DNA from: an uncultured Methanosarcinales archaeon
Lineage (GTDB): Archaea; Nanobdellota; Nanobdellia; Woesearchaeales; CAYSVS01
Length of the DNA: 64,000 nucleotides
Direction: 5' to 3'
NCBI GenBank assembly: GCA_964589485.1
Contig: CAZPRK010000001.1
Coordinates: 184,401-248,400 of the forward strand
Position numbers and translations under genes: made by a program. The first letter of the stretch is position 1. Every line of letters begins with the position of its first letter. The notes beneath the pieces are model-generated. The model was not told where the DNA came from and ran no database searches. It saw only the letters and a list, made by a program, of their open reading frames with translations. This document shows, one piece after another, positions 56,347-64,000 of the stretch.

Positions 56347-56422
56347 CTGCCGCAATAGCTACTATGCTACGGAGGCATAGTATAAATTAAAGAGAAAATA
56401 TTACTGTTTAAAAAGCTTACCT

Positions 56423-57025
56423 TTAATTAGGCCAAGAATAACTTGGATGGAATGGTTCTAAATCTAATTCAGGTAAGAATCCTTTCATATTTAGATATCT
56501 TTTAATTGTTCCTTGTAAGTTGTATACTTCTCTATAAAGTTCTCTTTTATGATCGTCTAAATTAGATTCAAATATTCTTAATCTAAAAACTTCAGGAAAA
56601 TGTTTTAAAAACCAATTATCTCTCCATCCCTCTTCATTAAATTCAATCCATGCTCTAATTTTAATTTCAACTTCACCAGTATCTGCTTTAAGTTTTTTTC
56701 CTTCATGCATAATTTCCTTTGGTTCTAATGCTACTACATGCCAATTCATTCTAATTTTATATTTATAATAACTCTTTGCATTAGTTTTTTTATTTATCTC
56801 CCACCAAATCCATAATTCGGTTTTTTTGTCTGGATCTGTTTTTTGGCCATAGAAGTCTTCATGATCTCTTAGTGGTTGCCATTCTCTATCTCTAATCCAT
56901 TCATGAATTAGTTTATACAAGTTTCTCATATGAAAAATATCTCTATATTTTATTCTGAATGAGGCAGCTACTAACCTAGGTTCACGAAGGTGACTATACA
57001 TGCTAACTAATTGGTTTTCTGCCAT
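56423..57025 (-). CDS. hypothetical protein (200 aa, Trp-rich)
   Basis: ORF only. No motif recognised. Confidence 0.5.
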   Translation of the reverse strand: MAENQLVSMYSHLREPRLVAASFRIKYRDIFHMRNLYKLIHEWIRDREWQPLRDHEDFYGQKTDPDKKTELWIWWEINKKTNAKSYYKYKIRMNWHVVALEPKEIMHEGKKLKADTGEVEIKIRAWIEFNEEGWRDNWFLKHFPEVFRLRIFESNLDDHKRELYREVYNLQGTIKRYLNMKGFLPELDLEPFHPSYSWPN

Positions 57026-57062
57026 TATTTTTATATTTACATTCGAGTTTAAATATTTTTCT

Positions 57063-57725
57063 TTAGAATAAACTCTTTATAGCTTCTTTAGTGACTTTAA
57101 TGAAACTTTTCCATGGTAAGGGTTTAGTATATAGATTTAATTTATTATTACGAATTGCATTCATTACACTATTTATATCTTTATTGCAATCAAGATATGT
57201 GAATGTATGTCCTATTTGACTTAATGAATGTGCATCTGAAGTTCCAATTATACTTTTATTAAATTTTTTAGCTATTTTTACTGCTTTATTGTTAAACCAA
57301 TTAATAAATGGTTTATATAAATGACAATATTCAATTCCATCGAATAAATCAATATTTTCTATTAATTCTTTACCTAAACAGTTATTTCTAGGATAAAAAG
57401 CATGTGGTGCTATTATAACAACATTATGTTTTCTTATTTCTTTAAGGTCATTAAAGCTTAAATTTTCATAATTATATCCTTCTGGAGCGTTTATAATTAA
57501 AGTGTGTTTTCCGTTAACATTTGCTTCAACTCCGGGAATTAGTAATATGTTTTTTTGCTTAGCATATTCTATTATTTCTTGATTAAAAAATCTATTTCCA
57601 TGATGAGTTAAAGAAAGTACTTCAAATCCTAATTTAGAACAATGATCAATTAATTCTTTAGAATTATATTTAATGTCATCTTTAGGGTCTTCTGAACTAT
57701 GTAAGTGAAAGTCTGCCTTTAGCAT
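57063..57725 (-). CDS. PHP-domain metal-dependent phosphoesterase
   Basis: N-terminal DFHLHSSEDPKD (HxH). Later ..APHAF.., SDAHS and GHTF metal-ligand-like motifs. Confidence 0.7.
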   Translation of the reverse strand: MLKADFHLHSSEDPKDDIKYNSKELIDHCSKLGFEVLSLTHHGNRFFNQEIIEYAKQKNILLIPGVEANVNGKHTLIINAPEGYNYENLSFNDLKEIRKHNVVIIAPHAFYPRNNCLGKELIENIDLFDGIEYCHLYKPFINWFNNKAVKIAKKFNKSIIGTSDAHSLSQIGHTFTYLDCNKDINSVMNAIRNNKLNLYTKPLPWKSFIKVTKEAIKSLF

Positions 57726-57797
57726 ATTTTTATTTATTTTACTTTTTTTATAAAACTTATGAAAACATTTTTAATAAAGCTATATTACTCTTAAAAT

Positions 57798-58994
57798 ATG
57801 CAAATAGGAGTAGTAGGAAAACCAAGTGTAGGGAAGTCAACTTTCTTCAAAGCTGCCACATTGGCAGAAGTAGAAATAGCTAATTATCCATTTACTACCA
57901 TTAAACCAAATGAAGCAGTTGGTTATGTGAAAATCGATTGCGTAGATAATTTTTTTGAAAAACAATGTAATCCAAGGGAAGGATATTGTTTAAAACATAA
58001 TAGGTTTATCCCTGTACAGATGATTGATGTTGCAGGTTTAGTCCCTGGAGCACATGAAGGGTTAGGTATGGGGAATCAATTTTTAGATGATTTAAGGCAA
58101 GCTGATGTTCTTATACATGTAATAGATATATCTGGAAGTACAAATGAAAAAGGAGAGCCAGTAGAAGTAGGAGCTTATAATCCTGAAAAAGATATTAAAT
58201 TTTTAGAGCTTGAATTAGATATGTGGTATTTTGGAATATTAAAGAAAGGTTGGGATAAGTTTGCAAGACAAATACAACAAGAAAAACAAGAAGTTCACAA
58301 AGCTTTAGGTAAACAATTATCTGGGTTAAAGGTAGATGAAGACATGGTTAAGAATGTAATAGCGAAATTAAGTTTAAATTCTGAAAATCCTTCATCTTGG
58401 ACTGAAGAAAATTTAAAACAAATATCAACTGAATTAAGAAAATTAACCAAACCTATGATTATAGCATGTAACAAGATAGATGCTGACATTAAAAATAATT
58501 ACGAAAGGATTAAACAACTACACCAAGATTACATATTAATTCCATGTAGTGCTGAATCTGAATTAGCATTAAAAGAAGCAGCCAAAAATAATTTGATAGA
58601 TTATGTTCCTGGAGAAAATGATTTTAATATTATTAAGAAAGAATCTTTAATTGAAAATCAAAAAAAAGCTTTATTGTTTATTAAAGAAAATATTTTAACA
58701 AAATTTAATTCAACTGGAATACAGGAAGCTTTAGATACAGCGGTGTTTAAGTTATTAAACTATGCTGCAATTTATCCTGGAGGTGTTAATAACTTAACAG
58801 ATCAACATGGAAATACTCTTCCTGATTGTTTTTTAATGCCGCCTAAATCTACTGCTTTAGATTTTGCTTATAGACTTCACACTGATTTTGGTAAAAATTT
58901 TATAAGGGCAATTGATGTTAAAACAAAAAGAACTGTTGGCAAAGAACATCCATTAAATCAAGGGGACGTAATTGAGATAATAAGTAATCGTTAA
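57798..58994 (+). CDS. Obg-family GTPase (YchF/DRG-like) with C-terminal TGS domain
   Basis: G1 GVVGKPSVGKST; G3 DVAGLV; G4 CNKID; C-terminal TGS-like ..KRTVGKEHPLNQGDVIEI. Confidence 0.8.
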   Translation: MQIGVVGKPSVGKSTFFKAATLAEVEIANYPFTTIKPNEAVGYVKIDCVDNFFEKQCNPREGYCLKHNRFIPVQMIDVAGLVPGAHEGLGMGNQFLDDLRQADVLIHVIDISGSTNEKGEPVEVGAYNPEKDIKFLELELDMWYFGILKKGWDKFARQIQQEKQEVHKALGKQLSGLKVDEDMVKNVIAKLSLNSENPSSWTEENLKQISTELRKLTKPMIIACNKIDADIKNNYERIKQLHQDYILIPCSAESELALKEAAKNNLIDYVPGENDFNIIKKESLIENQKKALLFIKENILTKFNSTGIQEALDTAVFKLLNYAAIYPGGVNNLTDQHGNTLPDCFLMPPKSTALDFAYRLHTDFGKNFIRAIDVKTKRTVGKEHPLNQGDVIEIISNR

Positions 58995-60502
58995 GTAACA
59001 TCAACAGCATTAGTTCCTTTTTTTAAAACAACTTTAGCTATTACTTGATTTCTTCCATTATTTTTTGCATCATACAAAGCTTTATCTGCTTCATTGATTA
59101 ATTCTTGTGGTGACAAAGATGCATCCATGCATGTAAGTAACCCCATACTTATTGTTACTTTTTTATTAGGTTGACTTTCTCTATTGAAAAATTTAGTATT
59201 TGCAACATTTTCTACAACTCTTTTTGCAGCAGTAAGAATTTCACTAGGTTTAATTTCCGGAAAAACTATTATAAATTCTTCTCCTCCATATCTTCCTACT
59301 GTATCTATGTCTCGTACAGAATCTTTTAAAACTTTAGAACATTCTTCAAGTAACACATCACCTTTTGGATGTCCGTTTGTATCATTGTAATGTTTAAAAT
59401 GATCTATGTCCAACATTGCAATAGAAATGCTATGTTGAAATCTTTTACTTCTAGAAATTTCTTGTTCAAGGACATCCATAAATTTTAATCTATTATATAA
59501 CCCTGTTAATTTATCTGTGATTGCTGTTTCTTTTATTAGTTCATATTGTTTAGCGTTATTGATAGCAATACTTGCTTGATTTGCAATGATTGAAAATAAT
59601 TCTATGTTTTGTTTTAATTTTTCAATTGAACTTTCATAAATGTTTAAAACTCCAAGTAAAACACCTTGACTAATTATAGGGAGACTAAATAATGCATCAT
59701 AAATAGTAAAATTAGCTTTTGAATTAAACCGTTTATCTTTAGATAAATTAGCTATTCCTCTACTTTTTTTATCTTTTAAAATTTCTTTAATCATTTTAGT
59801 TTCAAAGTCAGTATAATGCGTAGGTAAGGAAGATTCATTAAGTGTAAATCTTCTCATAGGGTTAAAAATAACAACTGAACACATTTTAGCGAAATTATTT
59901 GTAACTATAAATCTAATAATCTCTGTCATTATTTTTTTTATTTCTAAAGTTGAATTTAATAGGTTACTTATAGACTCTAACATTGACAATGCGGATAATT
60001 TTTTACGGCTAACTAATGCAGAGTTGATAAACATTGGAATATTATGTGAAAAAACTTCACTGATTTGTTTATAGTATGGAGAATCAGGTTTAATTAATTT
60101 AGAAAATGCATCTTTTAATTCATCTTCTTCTATGTTTAATTGTTTTGATATTTCTTGAAATTCAGCTTCGTTACTTTCTATTTGAAAAACAATTCCACCG
60201 ATTATTTCATTTCTAATATTTATCGGATAAATTATGTTAGAAACTAAATTTGAACATTTAAATTCTATAAAGTTTTTTTTTTCTCGTTTTAATCTATTAA
60301 GATAATGTTTATAACTTTCTTTGCAATTTAGTTTACCTTTATCTTTAGTTTTAACTAATTTACAATAATATGGTAAGTTACTATTATGTAATTCATTACC
60401 AAACAAATCTACTAATGATATTTTAGTTTTGTATATGTTAGAAATTTGATCTTGTAACTTTGTCCAAACTTTTATATCTAAGTGTTCTTTGATGTCAACC
60501 AT
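58991..60502 (-). CDS. PocR-GAF-GGDEF diguanylate cyclase
   Basis: The C-terminal domain reads DKLTGLYNRLKFMDVLEQE...IAMLDIDHFKHYNDTNGHPKGDVLL...VRDIDTVGRYGGEEFIIVF...SMGL...ADKALYDAKNNGRNQV. The catalytic GGEEF is intact. The RxxD I-site (RDID) lies 5 residues upstream, as in PleD. The guanine-specifying N (..YND) and D (..KGD) are kept. The N-terminus has a PocR-like LPYYCKLVKTKDKGKLNCKESY. The middle region is GAF-sized. Confidence 0.85.
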   Translation of the reverse strand: MVDIKEHLDIKVWTKLQDQISNIYKTKISLVDLFGNELHNSNLPYYCKLVKTKDKGKLNCKESYKHYLNRLKREKKNFIEFKCSNLVSNIIYPINIRNEIIGGIVFQIESNEAEFQEISKQLNIEEDELKDAFSKLIKPDSPYYKQISEVFSHNIPMFINSALVSRKKLSALSMLESISNLLNSTLEIKKIMTEIIRFIVTNNFAKMCSVVIFNPMRRFTLNESSLPTHYTDFETKMIKEILKDKKSRGIANLSKDKRFNSKANFTIYDALFSLPIISQGVLLGVLNIYESSIEKLKQNIELFSIIANQASIAINNAKQYELIKETAITDKLTGLYNRLKFMDVLEQEISRSKRFQHSISIAMLDIDHFKHYNDTNGHPKGDVLLEECSKVLKDSVRDIDTVGRYGGEEFIIVFPEIKPSEILTAAKRVVENVANTKFFNRESQPNKKVTISMGLLTCMDASLSPQELINEADKALYDAKNNGRNQVIAKVVLKKGTNAVDVT

Positions 60503-61599
60503 TTAATTACCCTTTCTTTGAAAATTTGTTTATCTTTTTTTAAGATTCTTCCGCCTGCTGCTGGTTTATGGCCTCCTCCGCCTGCTTTTTCTAAGCCATC
60601 AGTTGCAAATTCAAGCAAATCATTCATTTCCAGTTTATTATCTCTTCTTCTTGCACTTATTGTTATTTGTTCGTCATTTTCTGTTTCCTGTAATATTACT
60701 ACTGTTTTATTCGGAAAATCGTAACTTAAAAAAGTGCATAGGTTACTTTTAACTGGAAATTTAGGGTTAATTAATTCATAATAAATTAAAGATAATTCTT
60801 CATTTATTTCAGCTTTTTCATTTACTGAAAATCTCCACAATTTAATTTCTTTTTCAATTTCTTCTTTGTATTTTACTAATTCTGAATTTAATAAATCTTT
60901 GTGCGATGTAGCATTGTATACTAAATAATATGCATCTTTTATTTTATTTATATCATAAGCTTCAGTGCTGCTAAGGATTTCTGCAATTTGACCTATTTCA
61001 TTTCTAAATGGATCTTTGTGTAGTGGGATATTATATTTTTCCATTGTGCTTTCTACAAATTCTTGCCATGTTTGATACCCGCAATCTCCAATTATTCCTA
61101 TGCATGAAACCCAATCTAACTCTTCCATATTGATTAATTGGCTAAATATATCATAAGTAAATTTTGCAGTACAATATTGAGAAGGGTTAACATTTTCATA
61201 TATCATGTCTGGTTTAATTATTGTAATTCTATCTGAATTTAAATCTCGATATATTTTATGGTGATCTATAACTAAAATTTCTGCAAATTCTGCAACTTTT
61301 TCAATAAAATTTTCAGAGACATCTTGATCTAAAGCCATGTCTGTAGTTATTACTTTGTTTATATTATGTTTTTTAAGTTCTTCCATTGTAGATTCAGCTA
61401 CAAAAATTTCATATGATTTTTGATTTATTCTAAAATCTATTTTTTTATTTCTTAATTTTTCAACTCCTTTAGAGGTTATAACTCCTGAAGTAACTCCATC
61501 TGGATCTGTATGGTGAAAAACTGCAACTCTATCTTCTTCAGTAATGTTTTTAAGAAATTGGTGTGCTTTATTCAATAATTCTTCGTTGATTAATTTCAT
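60478..61599 (-). CDS. DHH/DHHA1-family phosphoesterase (NrnA/RecJ-like)
   Basis: Motifs VFHHTDPDGVTSG, ITTDMALD, VIDHH (DHH), and DHHA1 GGGGHKPAAGG. The 3' end overlaps the GGDEF gene start by 25 nt. Confidence 0.8.
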   Translation of the reverse strand: MKLINEELLNKAHQFLKNITEEDRVAVFHHTDPDGVTSGVITSKGVEKLRNKKIDFRINQKSYEIFVAESTMEELKKHNINKVITTDMALDQDVSENFIEKVAEFAEILVIDHHKIYRDLNSDRITIIKPDMIYENVNPSQYCTAKFTYDIFSQLINMEELDWVSCIGIIGDCGYQTWQEFVESTMEKYNIPLHKDPFRNEIGQIAEILSSTEAYDINKIKDAYYLVYNATSHKDLLNSELVKYKEEIEKEIKLWRFSVNEKAEINEELSLIYYELINPKFPVKSNLCTFLSYDFPNKTVVILQETENDEQITISARRRDNKLEMNDLLEFATDGLEKAGGGGHKPAAGGRILKKDKQIFKERVIKWLTSKNT

Positions 61600-61624
61600 G
61601 GGTTGAGAATTTAATAGATACTAT

Positions 61625-61921
61625 TTATAATTTGTGTTCATAGTATGCTGGGACAAATATGTCGATATATTTATTTAATGCTGTGTTGATAGATCTTTCT
61701 TGTTCTTGCCATTTTTGATCCCATTCTTTATAAAATGTACTTGGACTAATGCTATTTCTATGTTGTTCCATTATTTTAATAGAAAATGTTTCAATTCTTT
61801 CTTCTAATTGTGATTTTGCATCTGGAACGAATTTTTTTTCATTTGGTTTAATTTTCAGAGTTAAACTTTTATATACATTACTTTGAGACAAATTTTGCAT
61901 AAATCCTTGTATTACTCCCAT
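61625..61921 (-). CDS. hypothetical protein (98 aa), first gene of the DHH-GGDEF transcription unit
   Basis: The ORF ends 26 nt upstream of the DHH gene. A TATA-like TTTTAAAA lies about 28 nt upstream of its ATG. Confidence 0.5.
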   Translation of the reverse strand: MGVIQGFMQNLSQSNVYKSLTLKIKPNEKKFVPDAKSQLEERIETFSIKIMEQHRNSISPSTFYKEWDQKWQEQERSINTALNKYIDIFVPAYYEHKL

Positions 61922-61956
61922 GATGTAAGAAATAGTAATGTTGTTTTTAAAATTAA

Positions 61957-62271
61957 CCCCTCAAGTGTTGCTCATTTTAAAGAATAAGGGAAATATTTTC
62001 CCTGCGGGGTGTTTACTTTAAAGAAATATGAGGAAGACAAAACATTTAGCTTAAGTTGGATGCGCTCAGATTTGCCTTAAATATCCTTAATTTAGCGCGG
62101 GCTTGTTATAAGGATATTCCTCTAATGTTGTTTTTGTTGTTACTTTTTATGTCACTTGTCGACGGATCTCTCGATCACATACTCGAATTCGCTAGTATGT
62201 AAATTTTATGTAAATTTCGTGATGTGTGATCTTGGTATTCAATATTAAAAACCACCAATTGGGTTTTTTTT
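61957..62271. ncRNA. candidate structured non-coding element of unknown class (strand and ends uncertain)
   Basis: This is a 437-nt gap in a genome where gaps are usually under 100 nt, and it is visibly more GC-rich than its surroundings. Hairpins: AGGGAAA-TAT-TTTCCCT (61987-62003), nested in CCCC..GGGG; a 10-bp stem AATATCCTTA/TAAGGATATT (62080-62118) with a GC-rich loop; ACATACT..AGTATGT (62177-62200), which competes with GATCACAT..GTGTGATC (62173-62231). There is a tandem TATGTAAATTT x2 (62196-62217). It ends with an A-tract, hairpin and T8 terminator-like element (62247-62271). Confidence 0.35.
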
Positions 62272-62358
62272 GTTTGAATACAAGTATTATATAATTACAA
62301 AAGTTTATATACTTAATGTGAATATAACTGTTTTGTATGTACTGTTGATTTAAAAGAG

Positions 62359-63315
62359 GTGTTTAAAATTCATATAAGACGATTAGTTAAATCTGGTGAA
62401 GCTAGCCATACTGTTTCTTTACCTAAAAATTGGATAGATGATAATAAATTATCTAGGGGAGATTTGATTTATATTCAGGAAAATCCTAATAATGAGTTAG
62501 TAGTAACTTCAAATCCTCAAGAAAGAAAGAGGGAAGTTAAAGAAATAACGATTAATGTAGATGGTAAAAAGTTAGATTCTATTCAAAGAGAAATTACATC
62601 TGCTTATATTAATAATTATAATTCAATTACAATCATTGGTAAAGAATTGAGTACTATTATTAAGGAAATACGTCAAATTTTACATGATTTTGTAGCTCTT
62701 GAAATTAGTGAACAAACTGCAACTAAAATTGTTGCTAATGATTTGCTTAATGTTGATGAACTCTCTGTTGAAAAAACTATTAGAAGGATGGATATGATTG
62801 TTAGAAGTATATTGCAAGATTCATTGGCAGCATTAGATGGTGAAGATTTGCATGAAAGTATAGTTTGTAGGGATTTGGATGTTAATAGACAATATTTTTT
62901 AGTTTACCGTATTCTTAAAAGTGCCATGAAAGATAAAAACATTTGTAAAAGTTTTGGTTTAGATACTGTACAAGCTCATTATTATTGGTATTTATCAGTT
63001 AATTTAGAAAATTTAGCAGATCAAAGTAAAAATATTAGTCAACTTTTACGAGATACTAAAGTTAAAAAAGATGAAGAAATTAGGGAGTTATATTCAAAAA
63101 TGGAAAAAGCTTATTTGGATGTTATGAAATCTTTTTTTAATAAAAATGTTGCTTTGGCAGAAACTATTAATTCTTTTAGAAGATCTTATTCTGAAGAATT
63201 AGATGAGTTTTTTAAATTAAATAATAAACCAGAAATTGCACAGATTGTTGGTAACTTACGAGAAATGTCAACTTTAATTAGTAATATATCTAGGATTGTA
63301 ATGGATTATAGTTAA
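62359..63315 (+). CDS. PhoU-family phosphate-signalling regulator with N-terminal SpoVT/AbrB domain (archaeal architecture); GTG start
   Basis: The N-terminal RRLVKSGEASHTVSLPKNWIDDNKLSRGDLIYI is an AbrB-like swapped hairpin. It is followed by two PhoU-like helical repeats (..RRMDMIVRSIL.., ..LENLADQSKNISQL..). Confidence 0.7.
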   Translation: MFKIHIRRLVKSGEASHTVSLPKNWIDDNKLSRGDLIYIQENPNNELVVTSNPQERKREVKEITINVDGKKLDSIQREITSAYINNYNSITIIGKELSTIIKEIRQILHDFVALEISEQTATKIVANDLLNVDELSVEKTIRRMDMIVRSILQDSLAALDGEDLHESIVCRDLDVNRQYFLVYRILKSAMKDKNICKSFGLDTVQAHYYWYLSVNLENLADQSKNISQLLRDTKVKKDEEIRELYSKMEKAYLDVMKSFFNKNVALAETINSFRRSYSEELDEFFKLNNKPEIAQIVGNLREMSTLISNISRIVMDYS

Positions 63316-63695
63316 TCTTTATTTTTCCTGAAATTATCCATTGTAGTAGCAACATCAATCATATACTTACCATCTTCTAATCTGTATACTAATGCGTTAT
63401 CTTTGTTGAATAATTTAACTAAGTCAAGTTCAAATTTTCCTGGCGCGGATATATTTACTGATTCGAAATCAAGAACAATTGGTTCCTCTTTTTCATTCTT
63501 ACCTATAATTTCTTTAACATCGGTTTCTATTTTTTCAACATCTTCTTTAGTTAATTTTTCAGTAACGTTTTTTGCTTTTTGAACTTTATCTTTTTTTACA
63601 TAAAAAAATAATTTTGCACCGCATGTACAACCAGTTAAAATAGCGGCATTTCCATCTTCATAAAATTTACTGCATCTTACGCATTGGTGTGGCAT
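63312..63695 (-). CDS. zinc-ribbon protein conserved in archaea (COG3364/DUF2072-like)
   Basis: N-terminal MPHQCVRCSKFYEDGNAAILTGCTCGAKLFFYV (CxxC...CxC). Confidence 0.5.
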   Translation of the reverse strand: MPHQCVRCSKFYEDGNAAILTGCTCGAKLFFYVKKDKVQKAKNVTEKLTKEDVEKIETDVKEIIGKNEKEEPIVLDFESVNISAPGKFELDLVKLFNKDNALVYRLEDGKYMIDVATTMDNFRKNKD

Positions 63696-63696
63696 T

Positions 63697-63927
63697 TTAT
63701 TTTTTACGTCTCCTTTTTAGATTGCCTGTAAATAATTGAATTTTGTTAGGATCTCTTTTAATTTCTTTAACAACGCTAGCTGGGCCAATTACAGTAAAAC
63801 CTAACCTGTCACCTAAAAGAACATTAAAAAATGTATTTTTGATTTTATTAAGAAAATCTGAATCTTTTTTTTCAGGGTATACAACTGCTAACTCTATTCC
63901 TTTAAAATCTTTGTTTACTTCTTCCAT
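63697..63927 (-). CDS. small hypothetical protein (possibly DUF2073-like), 1 nt upstream of the Zn-ribbon gene
   Basis: 76-aa ORF. GIELAVVYPEKKD...VIGPASVVKEI. Its true start is uncertain because it lies near the window end. Confidence 0.4.
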   Translation of the reverse strand: MEEVNKDFKGIELAVVYPEKKDSDFLNKIKNTFFNVLLGDRLGFTVIGPASVVKEIKRDPNKIQLFTGNLKRRRKK

Positions 63928-64000
63928 AGTTGTTTTGATTAATTCTGTTTCTTCATCTTTTTTTAATCTTCCTTGAAGTAAAACTATTTTTTTTTCTTTT

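Larger units (their letters stand above)
56273..56376 (-). tRNA. tRNA-Thr (TGT) with two introns; predicted mature length 73 nt; atypical T-loop
   Basis: Minus-strand reading: acceptor GCCTCCG/CGGAGGC with discriminator T. D arm GCAT-AGTAGCTA-TTGC. T arm GCGAG-TGCAATT-CTCGC. After removing 56331-56346 and 56309-56323, the anticodon arm is GCAGA-CTTGTAA-TCTGC. Confidence 0.75.

Noticed and set aside
56273-56376. Reading this tRNA with a single canonical intron gives the anticodon loop AUUUAAA. That means anticodon UUA, an ochre (UAA) suppressor, which would imply stop-codon recoding.
   Set aside because: That model has no bulge-helix-bulge: ATTT would have to pair with CAAG. The two-intron model gives two 4-bp central helices with correct 3-nt bulges and a perfect Thr(UGU) arm. 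ORFs in the window also end normally at TAA.
62155-62195. A cluster of restriction-site palindromes (GTCGAC, GGATC, TCGA, GAATTC) that resembles a cloning-vector polylinker.
   Set aside because: The sites are embedded in native-looking AT-rich sequence on both sides. They form part of longer hairpins (ACATACT..AGTATGT, GATCACA..TGTGATC). No vector-like sequence follows.

Overview
This is a visibly AT-rich, gene-dense archaeal chromosome segment. Archaeal identity rests on the conserved S13-S4-S11-RpoD-L18e-L13-S9-RpoN operon, PCNA, NAC, Sec61-beta, RNase J, archaeal-type TrpRS and LeuRS, TATA boxes about 25 nt upstream of start codons (leaderless-style), and bulge-helix-bulge tRNA introns. 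Tight gene packing, giant N-x-S/T-rich surface proteins, a lamin-tail-domain protein, gyrase and patchy metabolism suggest a small-genome DPANN-like archaeon, but that is inference only. I support about 70 CDS. Two of them fall below the ORF-track size cutoff: Sec61-beta and a zinc-ribbon peptide. There are four tRNAs (His-GTG, Leu-CAA, Arg-CCT, Thr-TGT), an SRP (7S) RNA and an RNase P RNA. All six RNA genes stand out as GC-rich islands. I saw no CRISPR array, transposase or integrase. The only mobile element is a LAGLIDADG intein inside the P-loop of a HerA-like ATPase. The observations most worth follow-up are listed here. (1) A PocR-GAF-GGDEF diguanylate cyclase with intact GGEEF and RxxD sites is translationally overlapped with a DHH/DHHA1 phosphoesterase in an archaeal context. 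(2) Two tRNA genes are each split by two introns (positions 30/31 and 37/38) around a 7-nt micro-exon. (3) An S-adenosylmethionine decarboxylase is fused to deoxyhypusine synthase in an operon with agmatinase. (4) A five-gene overlapping operon combines three about 160-aa helical proteins (two of them clear paralogs), a MinD/ParA ATPase and a membrane protein. (5) A surface protein of about 2,200 aa is split by a +1 frame change and built from near-identical DNA cassettes. (6) A 437-nt structured, GC-enriched intergenic region has no assignable function. All calls come from reading the sequence and translations by eye. No searches or computations were run.
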